Shown one piece after another: positions 14,621-26,559 of a stretch of DNA of 64,000 nt. Position numbers and translations under genes: made by a program. Each line of letters starts with the position of its first letter. Within the stretch, counting starts at the first letter, position 1. Source of the DNA: Camelus dromedarius (lineage: Eukaryota); assembly GCF_036321535.1 (NCBI RefSeq), contig NC_087436.1:99450001-99514000 (forward strand), read 5' to 3'. A model generated the notes under the pieces. It had not been told where the DNA came from. It did no database searches and saw only the letters and a list, made by a program, of their open reading frames with translations.

Positions 14621-16439
14621 AGTCATCTGCATGCAGTTATTTCTTCCCTGGGTGATTAAGTTGGGGCTATTTTGAGTGTAGTAGTGAATGCCAGAGGGCA
14701 TGCCTCAAGAAATCCTGCATCAGTGTAGGTGTAAGAAGCTGCGTGAGATTCAACTGCCTTGTTTTACTGTTTAACACACATGATAGGAAATCTGATTCCT
14801 CAGATAGATGTAAAGTCTCTGAAAAGATAAGGACCCAGCATGTACATTCATGCTTCTCACAATAGACAACAGATAAATAAGAATTGAGTCAGGGTGTTCT
14901 AGTGGATGCTGCAGAATTGCAGTGCTTTCCAATATCATTGGAAGTAATCGTGGTTAAATAATGTAAATGGTATAAACTGTTAGTAAAAATAAACCAAAGG
15001 GAAGTGTCACCATTGTGTGTTCTAATAGCCTTTTAAAAAATACATTCCACATGATTTTGAGAAATAGATTTTTGAATCAGAATAAAGCACTTGGTAAACA
15101 TGAAGTGGTAGATAAATGCTGGAAACATGCAACATTTACAAAGGAATGTTTTGAATAGTCTCCGGTCTATCGACAATACACATCATTATGCATTTATAAC
15201 TTAATGGTGCTTTCATTAAACACCCTGCTTCTCTGGAAAAAAATGACAAAATTACAAGGTTAAACTCCCAGTGTGGAGTAGATCTGGTGATGTGTGCTAA
15301 TTATTTTTTTTTTAATCAGTGCACTAAAAAAGGAAGAAATGGAAAAATTTCCTGCCTGGTTTTCAATTAGTGTATTTTGCTCCTCGACATTTGTTCCCAA
15401 TTGTCTGTTTTGACTAAACCTTGCATTTTCCCTTACTGAACTTTTTTTTTTTCTTAATACTGTTCTAAATTAACCTTTTCTTTTCTGTTGTTCACAATAT
15501 AGTAAGCAGTTTAATGTTGGACAACTAAATAACTTCATTTATGAAGAACTGAATTTATTCACAGCTAATTCATACAAAATCACAAATGATTGTGCAGTGG
15601 AAGTGCATTTTATTTGCTGCAACATTTTCATTAGGTTGAGCATTAAATCAAATTGAAAATCAAAGAATAAAACCTGCCCCATATAAGTGAAGATCATTTT
15701 TATGGCAGTGAATATTACCCCTTTCCCTGTCATCTTTTCTGGCTAATATAAAATCATGTTCTGTTATACATAAATAGGGGTTTGTAAAATTGCAAAGCTT
15801 GTTAACGGTAACTACTTTCTTAACTTGAGATCAACCAACATTTACTTCGTTTTCCCTGACTATAATTTTGACATATTCCTGTCATTTGATAGGAGAAAAC
15901 TTGGATGGAAAAGTCTCAGAAACTGGCATCATATTTTGTGTTTTACATTCTTTTTGGCATAATGAACATTTCCTCCTCTTTTACTGAAATCAGCACAGGG
16001 AAAAATCAAATACAGCAGTCTTTTAACAGTTTAAAATTGCCCCTGTCAGTATCCTGTCAGTTACATGAGACCTTGAGTGTTCAGGGCTATGGAAATCTTT
16101 CAAGACAAATTTGCTAGAAGCACTTCTGGGGAAGACTGTTTATGAAACTTAAGAACTTTAATCACTAGACGATCCATGGATAACCTACTTTTACATAATG
16201 ATGGCCAGAAAACAGTGATATGATTTTACAAGCGTGGCCACTCAAGGACAGCTTGATCCTTGTATCACATTTCATTTTCATCATCTTCAACTTTTTCTTC
16301 ACTTATCAACCTATACATTTAATAACCCATTCTTAAAATACTCATCTGTGTTAAAACCTGGATTTACCTTTCTTTTTCCATCTTTTCCATGTGTGTTACC
16401 TTTGTTAGAATTGGTGAGGAAAAGGAGATTTTGAAATAG

Positions 16440-16575
16440 AGTGAGGATGAATCCTGGATCTTCAATTTGATAGCATTTAGTAGTCGTGTGATCACAGGCA
16501 ACTCCCTTATCCTCTCTAAACCCCAGTTCCTGTCTGTAGTTGGCACACGCTACACACTCAATAAATGGTAGCATT
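16440..16575 (+). mobile_element. MIR fragment (internally deleted)
   Basis: 'cctctctaaaccccagttcctgtctgta...cactcaataaatggtagc'. Confidence 0.55.
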
Positions 16576-17644
16576 TCCAGTCTCTAAGTGAGAGCTCAAT
16601 GTTGATTCCTCTGCTTTTGAAAATGTACTGTTCATAATTCCCCCCAATTAATCTAGGCTCACAATACAGCTGTTGCTTCTTCAGTAAAACTCCACATGTT
16701 GATTTTTATTTTAATTAATCCTCTACTCCTATATTTCCAAATTTAGAAAAAGAAATTTACATTTGAATGCCTGAATGTTGTCTCAAAATCCAAACACTAA
16801 TATTTGATATTTTATTCCTAATACAGTATGCTTCTTAGTTCCTGCATTTATGTCAATAATACTGTAAGTCTTCTTCAGCAACATCCTTAGGAACAGGATC
16901 TCACATTTAATTATTTTCTTCATTTCATTTATTCATGTAGTCATTCAGGACAATCCATTCTTCTTCTACAGTATGTCCCGGATGACTACATCCATTGCTG
17001 CCACCTTAGTCTAAGTTCCTGTAACTATGAGTCTCATCTAGAGAAATATTTTTTAAGTTTCTCATCTTCATCTCATTGAATTTGTTCTGCATTCAAACAC
17101 TAAGCCACCTTTGCCAATTCATCACTTTCATTATTTAATTGTCTTGTTCATGACCTAATATTGATAACTATGCCAATATTTAATTTCTGAGAAGAATTAT
17201 TTCATAATATCCTAATGTTTTCATTAAGAAATTCCTTTTAAAGAGTGCTTTGTGCCAGGACCTGAGGATAGAAGGATGAAGAAAATACTGCTTCTGATTT
17301 AAAGAGCCTACACTATATTAGGGAAGACCAATGACTGCTCAGATTATTAAAATGTACAAAGGAGTATGAGGCATGTATGATGTGAGACTGAACTCATCAT
17401 TACTATGCACATATAGCTCTCACTATTAAATGGTATTTATTTTCTATTTATTTCCTTTAGTGGTGAGTTCCTTTGTATCAGAATTATCCCAGTAGGCATT
17501 AGAAAACCACAAATTATGAGGCTAAAGAGGAAGGCGTTCTTGAATTTTCTAAAGGTTTCTTAAAAATTTCTGTACACATATGATTATTCTATCATTGATG
17601 CCACCATGGGACAAAGGTACATATGTTTTTATTTAACAGTGTGG

Positions 17645-18008
17645 TGTCTTAGTCCACTTAGGATGCTAAAACAAAAATACCATAGACTGGGTGGCTTACA
17701 AGCAATATAATTTCTCACAGTTCCAGAGGCTGGGAAGTCCAAGATCAGGGCACTGGCAGATTCAGTGTCTAGTGCTGTCTACTTTGTGGTTAATACAGAG
17801 ATGACATGCTGTTATGTCCTCACATGGTGGAAGGGGCAAGAGGCCTCTCGGGGGTCTCTTTTAAAATGACATTCATTCCATTCATGAGGGCTCTGCCCTT
17901 GTGCCCTAATCACCACCAAGAGGCCTCATCTCCTGGTACCGTCACACTAGGAGTTAGGATTTCAACATCTGAATTCTTTAAGGGGGCATAGATATTCTAT
18001 CTGTAACA
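17645..18008 (-). mobile_element. MaLR solo LTR, MLT1A-like
   Basis: 'tgtcttagtcc...aaataccatagactgggtggctta...tttctcacagttccagaggctgggaagtccaagatcag' ending 'gtaaca'. Confidence 0.8.
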
Positions 18009-18732
18009 TGAAGGGAGTCTGCAAATATTATTTGTAATATAATTCTTTGTTTTACTGTCCTCTGTATATTTTGAATATCCTATAAAATGATTTTATTAAA
18101 ACTGAATATTGAAGATTTCTAAAAAATAATTGTTTCCACACCACAAATATGAACCAGAGACTTCAATAACTTTTAAATTAAAGATTACATTATCAATTTA
18201 GATATTGATTATAATTTACAGTAGTATTTCTTTCCATAACAATGTAATATATAATAGAAATAAATTCTAAACTAAATTATAATACTGAAATACCATGATA
18301 CAAGTTATGTATTTGCTTAACATTATAATTAATAATGTGTTTTTACCAAATTGCTTCTCATAAAAGTTCAATCAGAGATATTGATTCCTTTTAATAGATG
18401 AACCAATTAGGTTAGAAAACATAGGTTACATAGTCTCATCGAGAACACACAAGTACCCATATGGATAGAATTCAGATTCTTGTGATCATATGTCTGTCCT
18501 ATCTCTAGTGCTGTGGGTAAAATATCACAGTTGCCTTCATGATGCTGTGTTATATATGATGCAGCTAAGTCCTGATTATGCTCTGAGTCCCTGTGTGTAA
18601 AGCTTTATTTCTTATTCTTAGAACCTCAGGCCCCCTGCAAAGGTCTGTGACTTCCCTAAAGATTTCTCTTTAAATTTTCTCTGTGTGATCAAGTTTGGAC
18701 CATTATGGGGCCCAGAGCAGACTTGAATACCT

Positions 18733-19205
18733 TGTGGTAGACTAAATAATGGCCCCTCAGAATTGTCTATGTCCTTATCTCCAGAACCTGTGAAGATGTT
18801 GTCGTACAATGCAAAGGAACTAGGCAAATGTGATTGAGTTACGGATCTTGAGTTGGGAAGATTACCGTGGATTATCCAGGCCCAGTGTAATTACAAGGGT
18901 CCTTATAAGAGAAAGGCAGAAGGTCAGAGTGAGAAGTAGGAAATATGGCTACAGAGACAGAGGTTGGAGTGATTTAACTGTGAACAAGAAGCCATGACCC
19001 AAGGATCAAGACAGGCCCTAGAAACTAGAAAGTGCAAAAAATCCAACTCACTTCAAGAGTCCCTAAATTGCCAATGCCTTGACGTTAGCCTATTGGGATT
19101 AATTTTGGACTTCTGACTTCTTGAACTATATGATAATAAATTTATGTTCTTTTAGCCACTGTGCTTTTGTGGTAATTAGTCACAGAGTAATAAGAAGCTA
19201 ACACA
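18733..19205 (+). mobile_element. MaLR solo LTR, MLT1D-like
   Basis: Starts 'tgtggtagactaaataatggcccc', has AATAAA near its 3' end, ends 'ctaacaca'. Confidence 0.8.
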
Positions 19206-19314
19206 TTGCTTAAACTTTAACAGTTTTTGTTTTTGTGGATTTATCTGAGAAGTGAACACAAAATTTTTAATCTCAATCTGAAAATAGCCTCTTATTCATA
19301 CTGGTTAAGGAGTA

Positions 19315-19770
19315 TATCAGGAACTCTAAAATGTCTGAGATTTTTCACCCTACTTCTTAAACTACAAATTTAACCTAGCAGTTTTGTGGATTCTGAGAGA
19401 AATTGCAAGACCTCTGGATCAGAGACAAAGGAATTGATTACTCACAGCCTAGCAGATGACACAGATATCAGCATATTTGCATTGTTTTCCCTTGCCCACA
19501 GTTCCCCCTTGGGTGAGACAATGGGCCCAGGTGGACACTATTCATGCAGGGGGTTTCTGTCACAAATGAAGAACTCATGTCCAAAGGCCAAGCACTTATT
19601 TTAAGAAAATAGCAAATGCTGTAGGAAATTGCAACAAGCCAGTCACCTACCCACTGGGAACAAATAATTTTATGATAGTCATGCTGCTGTTCTCTTGGTT
19701 AATTACTTACCTATGTGACTAGCTCTAGAAATTACTCAGTAACAGGAGACAGGATGTCCGAAGGGACCAC
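19315..19770 (-). mobile_element. ERVL-class LTR, MER74/MER54/MER88-like
   Basis: 'tctgagatttttcaccctactt...gatcagagacaaaggaattgattactcacagc' recalls this LTR group; the right boundary is approximate. Confidence 0.5.
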
Positions 19771-21100
19771 ATTGTATGCACCATTTTGTTGTTGTTGTTG
19801 TTATGTGTCTTAAAACTGATGACAAATGAAGAGATAAGTGAATTTTTTTTTTAAAGGAGAGAAAAAGGGAAAGCTGTGGATAAGCTAATCTCACTCAAAC
19901 TCTACTGTGAGTTACAATAATCTAAGGGAAATGTATTAAAAATTTTAGATACTGTACCCCTTATTTGAGATGCTTATTCAGCAGATACTAGTCTTTATTA
20001 TTATTATTTTTTTAAAATCTGGCTTCCCAAAGTTCAAAGTTCTCTTCTTCAAGTCACCTGTTTAATTTGTTTCAGAGAGCTTAATTTGTTTTCCTGAACT
20101 TGGGGGTCACCTTGGACTGGGGGCTGACAGCCACTGGCAACATATGAGAGTAAAATGTAAGCTGATTGAGATGGGCAAGTTCTCTCAGAATTTGTTGAGT
20201 CAAGGAATGTGTTAGTATTTTCTGAGAATCAGAGGTGAACCTGCAAGAGATAAAACTGGTGTGAGAGTGTGTAGTTTCCTATACAAAATTCAATGAGAGA
20301 TGTGGAGAGACTCCAGCATCAGGAAACTGCTAGTGAAAGCTGAAATACTGGGGACTGAACAAGCACTTAAAATAGAAATGCATTCACCCTTAATAAGAGT
20401 AAGAGATGCCCAGAGTTTGGAATTTCTGAATATAAAAAAGAAGCTGTTTTAACCACTAGCAGTCATGCAGTCTACACCTCATCTCATCCACCTACTACAG
20501 GAGAAGATGTAACCAGAATCAGGGGGAGACAGCAGAAAGATTATATACTCCTCCCTCAAATGCCAAGAGCTACCAATTTCAGGGTATGGGGATGAGGGTG
20601 TGATTACTGGGAGATTTCTTATAATTAAATAATTATTGATTACTCTCTTCAGCAGGATAATATATCTAGTTTCAGGATGGAGACTCTGCATCAAAGAGGG
20701 AATAGCATTGTTTATTGCCTAAGAGTTTGGGAAGTTTTCATCCGGTGGCATAGAGATTACTTTCATGAATAAATTTTAATGTGACGGTGGGAGGCTAAAT
20801 AATTTTATAAATAAATAAAACTATATTTTACTCACAACTTGGGAGTTGTATGTTTGCACTGGAGCAGTACTAATCCAGCATTTTGGTGCTCTTTCTTTGT
20901 CCCATGAAAATAATTTTCATGGAATTCTTCAGAGCTTCTCTCACCCTCCCATACCACTGGGGACCTCTGCTTTCAATTTCCTGGCATGAGCAGTACTTCT
21001 TCCTGACTTCCTTAATCTCACCACAGGTCTATACCTTCAGCCTCTTTCTAATGAGTTTTCCTTACTGCTGGCAAGAAGTACTCTTAGCTAAGTATCTTTC

Positions 21101-21585
21101 TTTTTTTTTTTTTTTTTTCCTTCGTTTTCACTTGCCTTTTCTTTCTTTTTTTTTAAACATTTTTTTTATTGAGTTATAGTCATTTTACAATGTTGTGTCA
21201 AATTCCAGTGTAGAGCACAATTTTTCAGTTATACATGAACATACATGTATTCATTGTCACATTTTTTTTCACTGTGAGCTACCACAAGATCTTGTATATA
21301 TTTCTCTGTGCTATACAGTATAATCTTGTTTATCAATTCTACACGTGCATGTTACTATCTACAAATTTTGAACTCCCAGTCTGTCCCTTCCCATCCCCTT
21401 CCCCCTTGGCAACCACAAGTTTGTATTCTATTTCTATGAATCTGTTTCTGGTTTGTATTTATGTTCTTTTTTCTTTAGATTCCACATATGAGTGATCTCA
21501 TATGGTATTTTTCTTTCTCTTTCTGGCTTACTTCACTTAGAATGACATTCTCCAGGAACATCCATGTTGCCATTTGCAGCAACAT
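21101..21585 (-). mobile_element. Young 5'-truncated and 5'-inverted L1 (ORF2 end + 3' UTR), camelid-type
   Basis: Reverse complement closely matches the 3' end of the L1 at 25360-25770; poly(T) at 21101-21118; TSD GTATCTTTC at 21092-21100 and 21586-21594. Confidence 0.9.
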
Positions 21586-21809
21586 GTATCTTTCAATATT
21601 ACTCAAAAACTGCTGTCAGAGGGTCCCCAAATGGCTCCATGGCAAATGCCCATATCTCCACTATCATCAATGAAATAATAGTTTGTCTTTGGAAATTGTC
21701 AGACACAGATCAAGTGCAATTCCCTTTGTCTTCTAAGTTTTAGAGGACTCAGGTAGGTTTTCTGAATTATTTTATTTTAAAAAGTCTTTTATTCTACTGT
21801 ATTTCTTCT

Positions 21810-22330
21810 CTCAGTGAATGTTATCATCATCAAGTTGCTTGCCAAGCTGTCAACCCAGAGTCATCCTTGATTCCTCTCACACTGCCATCACCTTGATTAA
21901 CTCATAAAGTCTTATAGATTATATCTTTTTACCATCTCAGTGGTTATTTTGCTTCTCTTCATCCCCACTGACACTGCCTGCCTTAGTCCAGGCTCTCTCT
22001 TGCTACACTGCCACCTTGTCTATCTCCAGTCTGGCTTCTCTCCAGTCACTCCTCTTCCTAGCTAAGGAATTATTTTTCAAATATAAAAATCAGATAGTAT
22101 CCCTTTTCCCATTTAAAAATCATCCATGGCTCTTTGTAGCTTTTAGGCTCTAAACAGGTCAACATCCAGAGTCCTTTGTGATATGGCTTTTGATAATTTC
22201 TGTTCTCTCTCCACCACTTTCCATTAATTTCTTCTCCATCACATTATCTCTCACCTCCTTGGTTTCAGAATGACTGTTTTGTCTAAGAGCTGTATCCCCA
22301 CTGTTCTGTCTTCTAAAGCTCTACTCATTT
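21810..22330 (+). mobile_element. L2 LINE fragment
   Basis: Pyrimidine-rich L2 signature 'gagtcatccttgattcctctc...cttctcttcatccccactgacactgcc'. Confidence 0.6.
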
Positions 22331-22459
22331 TCCAAGCTTTGGAATTCTCCCTACTTACAGGAAGATTTCTATATCAAACCACTCTTGTATCCATGCTCAT
22401 CTTCCAGAGTTCCAGATCCCACAATTAGAGCATATGAATCCATACTGTTTTTGAACTGT

Positions 22460-22555
22460 TAATTCATTTAACAAATATAGCAAGATAGTGTCAGACATTG
22501 TTCTAGGCACTGGAAATACAGCTGGAAACAAAGAGACAAATTCCTTGCCCTTGTG
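22460..22555 (-). mobile_element. L2 3' end, split by the L1 insertion (continues at about 25771-26330)
   Basis: 'ttcatttaacaaatat...ctaggcactggaaatacagc...ccttgccctt' resumes as 'ccttgcccttttggagcttatactcta' after the L1. Confidence 0.7.
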
Positions 22556-25452
22556 AAGTTTATAGCGATACAGGCCTTCCTCAAAAAAGAAGAACAATCT
22601 CAAATAAACAATTTAACCCACCACCTGAATGAATTAGAAAAAGAAGAACAAAAAGCCCCAAAAAGCAGCAGAAGGAAGGAAATAATAAAGATCAGAGAGG
22701 AACTAAATACGATAGAGATTAACAAGACCATAGAAAAAAATCAACCAAACCAAAAGCTGGTTTTTTGAAAAAGTAAATAAAATCGACAAACCTCTGGCCA
22801 AACTCACAAAGAAGAAAAAAGAGAGAGCACAAATTAGCAAAATAAGAAAGGAAAATGGAGAAATTACAACAAACAAAATAGAAATACAGAATATCATATG
22901 AGAATATTATGAAAAACTATATGGAACCAAACTGGATAACCTAGAGGAGATGGACAAGTTTCTGGAAACATACTGTCCACCAAGACTGAATCAAGAAGAA
23001 TCTGAACACTTGAACAATCCGATCACTAGAAAGGAAATAGAAATAGCAATTAAAAACCTCCCTACAAATTAAAGTCCAGGACCAGACGGCTTCACTACCA
23101 AACATACAAAGAAGAACTCATACCACTCCTTCTCAAACTCTTCCAGATGATTGAAAAGGAGGGAATACTCCCAAACTCATTCTATGAAGCCATCATCACC
23201 CTGATACCAAAACCAGGCAAAGACACTACAAAAAAAGAGAATTATAGGCCAATATCACTGATGAACATAGACGCCAAAATCCTCACCAAAATTTTAGCAA
23301 ATAGAATCCAACAATACATAAAAAAGATTATACATCATGACCAAGTGGGGTTCAACCCAGGGACACAAGGCTGGTTCAACATACACAAATCAGTCAATGT
23401 AATACATCACATCAACAAGAGGACAAAAACCACATGATCATCTCAATCGATGCAGAAAAAGCATTTGATAAAATTCAACACCCATTTATGATAAAAAACT
23501 CTCACCAAAGTGGGTATAGAGGGAACATATCTCAACATAATAAAAGCTATATATGACAGACCTACAGCCAGCATAGTACTCAATGGTGAAAAACTCAAAA
23601 GCTTCCCACTAAAATCTGGGACAAGACAAGTATGCCCACTATCACCACTCCTATTCAGCATAGTTCTGGAAGTCCTAGCCACAGTGATCAGGCAAGAGAA
23701 AGAAATAAAAGGGATCCAAATTGGAAAAGAAGAGGTAAAAGTGTCCTTATATGCTGACGACGTGTTACTATATATAGAAAACCTTACAAGGTCCACACAA
23801 AAGCTACTAGAGCTGATTGAAGAATTCAGCAAGGTAGCAGGTTACAAAATTAATGTTCAAAAATCAGTTGCATTTCTTTACACTAACGATGAATCAACAG
23901 AAAAAGAAAGTAAAGAAACAATCCCCTTTAAAATAGCACCCAAAGTAATAAAATATCTGGGAATAAATCTAACCAAGGAGGTGAAAGAACTATACACAGA
24001 AAACTATAAACCATTGATGAAGGAAATTAAAGAAGACTTTAAAAAATGGAAAGATATTCCATGCTCTTGGATTGGAAGAATCAATATTGTTAAAATGGTC
24101 ACACTGCCCAAGGCAATCTACAGGTTTAATGCAATCCCTATCCAATTACCCAGGACATATTTCACAGAACTAGAACAAATCATAATAACATTTATATGGA
24201 ACCATCGAAGACCTAGAATTGCCAAAGCATTACTGAAGAGAAAGAAAGAGGCTGAAGGAATAACTCTCCCAGACTTCAGACAATACTATAGAGCTACAGT
24301 CATCAAGACAGCATGGTATTGGTACCAAAACAGACATATAGACCAATGGAACAGAATAGAGAGCCCAGAAATGAACCCACAAACTTTTGGTCAACTCATC
24401 TTCGACAAAGGAGGCAAGAATATACAATGGAATAAAGACAGTCTCTTCAGCAAATGGTGTTGGGAAAACTGGACAGCAGCATGTAAAACAATGAAGCTAG
24501 AACACTCCCTTACACCATATACAAAAATAAACTCGAAATGGATCAAATACTTAACATAAGACAAGATACAATAAACCTCCTAGAGGAAAACATAGGCAAA
24601 ACATTATCTGACATACATTTAAAAAATTTTCTCCTAGAAGAAATAAAAGCAAGAATAAACAAATGGGACATAATGAAACTTACAAGCTTCTGCACAGCAA
24701 AGGAAACCAGAAGTAAAACAAGAAGACACCCTATGGAATGGGAGAAAATTTTTGCAAATGAAACTGACAAAGGCTTGATCTCCAGAAATTATAAGCAGCT
24801 CATACGACTCAATAAGAAAAAAATAAACAACCCAATCCAAAAATGGGCAGAAGACCTAAACAAGCAATTCTCCAAGGAAGACATACACATGATCAAAAAG
24901 CACATGAAAAAATGATCAATATCACTAATTATCAGAGAAATGCAAATCAAAACTACAATGAGGTATCACCTCACACCAGTCAGAATGGCCGTCATTCAAA
25001 AATCCACAAATGACAAATGCTGGAGAGGCTGTGGAGAAAGGGGAACCTTCCTACACTGCTGGTGGGAATGCAGTTTGGTGCAGCCACTATGGAAAACAGT
25101 GTGGAGATTCCTCAAAAGACTAGGAATAGACTTACCATATGACCCAGGAATCCCACTCCTGGGCTTGTATTCAGAGGGAACCCTACTTCAGGATGACACC
25201 TGCACCCCAATGTTCATAGCAGCACTATTTACAATAGCCAAAACATGGAAGCAGCCTAAATGTCCATCAACAGGTGACTGGATAAAGAAGAGGTGGTATA
25301 TTTATACAATGGAATACTGCTCAGCCATAAAAACTGACAACATAATGCCATTTGCAGCAACCTGGATGCTTCTGGAGAATGTCATTCTAAGTGAAGTAAG
25401 CCAGAAAGAGAAAGAAAAATACCATATGAGATCGCTCATATGTGAAATCTAA
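22556..25452 (+). pseudogene. Disrupted L1 ORF2 (reverse transcriptase + C-terminal CCHC domain; endonuclease domain absent)
   Basis: ORF-track pieces 22553-22768, 23147-23437 ([12 protein letters not shown]), 23510-24559 (LYADD, YLGI), 24538-24915 and 24940-25452 (CWRGC...HCWWEC); broken by stops (e.g. TGA 22899-22901) and frameshifts. Confidence 0.95.
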
Positions 25453-25770
25453 AAAACAAAAACAAAAACAAACAAACAAAAACGAAGCGTAAATACAGGA
25501 CAGAAATAGACTCATAGACAGAGAATACAGTCTTGTGGTTGCTGGGGGGTGGAAGGTGGGAAGGGATAGACTGGGATTTCAAAACTGTAGAATAGATAAA
25601 CAAGATTATACTGTATAGCACAGGGAAATATACACAAAGTGTTATAACTCACAGAGAAAAAAATGTGACGAGTGTGTATATGTCCATGAATGACTGAAAA
25701 ATTGTGCTGAACACTGGAATTTGACACAACATTGTAAAATGATTATAAATCAATAAAAAATATTAAAAAA
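22556..25770 (+). mobile_element. Young 5'-truncated LINE-1 (about 3.2 kb), camelid-type
   Basis: Continuous ORF2 homology, 3' UTR, AATAAA at 25752-25757, A-rich tail; TSD core TCCTTGCCCTT at 22542-22552 and 25773-25783. Confidence 0.95.
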
Positions 25771-25992
25771 AATCCTTGCCCTTTTGGAGCTTATACTCTA
25801 ATGAGTGAAATCAATAATAAACAATAAATATAGAATAGATAATTCAACTTCAGTTATAGCCACCATGAATTAAAATGGAGCAAGGGAAAAAGAGAAAGTT
25901 ACTGGGTTGCAGGGTTGGCAGTCTGGAAGGACCTCTCTAGGGAGGTGGTCCCAAGAGAAGGGCATTACAAACAAGTGCACCTCATGTCTTGA

Positions 25993-26211
25993 TTTGCAGA
26001 TACTAATTACCATATAAATTAGATATACAAGGTTCTCTGTATATCATAGGAAACTACATTCAGTATCTTGTAGTAACCTATGATGAAAAAGAATATGGAA
26101 AGAATCTATGTGTGTGTATGTATGACTGAAACATTATGCTGTAAACCAGAAATTGACACAACATGGTGAGCTAACTATACTTCAATAAAAATTAAAATTA
26201 AAAAAAAAAAA
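25993..26211 (+). mobile_element. Short L1 3'-UTR-only insertion (older cetartiodactyl/camelid subfamily)
   Basis: L1 3' UTR ending AATAAA + poly(A); 12-bp TSD ctcatgtcttga (25981-25992) / ctcatgtcctga (26212-26223). Confidence 0.85.
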
Positions 26212-26559
26212 CTCATGTCCTGAAGCAGGAGCACTATTGGGATTTTTTGAGGAAAAGCAGAGGCCAGTGTGACTACATGGGAGAATTAGGATTATAGTGG
26301 TAAAAAGTAAATTCAGAAAGATATGTAGGAACTTTTAATATTTGTATCAGCAACACCTTTTTTTACTTACAAAGACTTAACAATATGAGAGCTGTAAGTG
26401 CTACCCAGTTGTGTGCCAAGTTCAACCACATTTAGTCAATTACCTAACTCCAGGTGCAATAAAACTAGTTTTGGAATATTGAAAGGTCAATATCAGTGTT
26501 TTGGGAAAATGAATTTTGTTTTGGAAAAGAGGACTCTGAGATATGTGTGTACTGTGTTT

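Noticed and set aside
20040..20880. Possible ancient LTR (also about 9150-9560 and 12980-13500)
   Set aside because: LTR-like composition, but termini and family could not be supported without a search.
23510..24559. The 349-aa ORF as a functional or domesticated RT gene
   Set aside because: It is a fragment between frameshifts of a 5'-truncated L1, has no ATG start (GTG), and lacks the N-terminal RT motifs, the endonuclease and a promoter.
23443..25727. Antisense ORFs over the L1
   Set aside because: These are typical antisense-L1 shadow ORFs with no independent evidence of coding.
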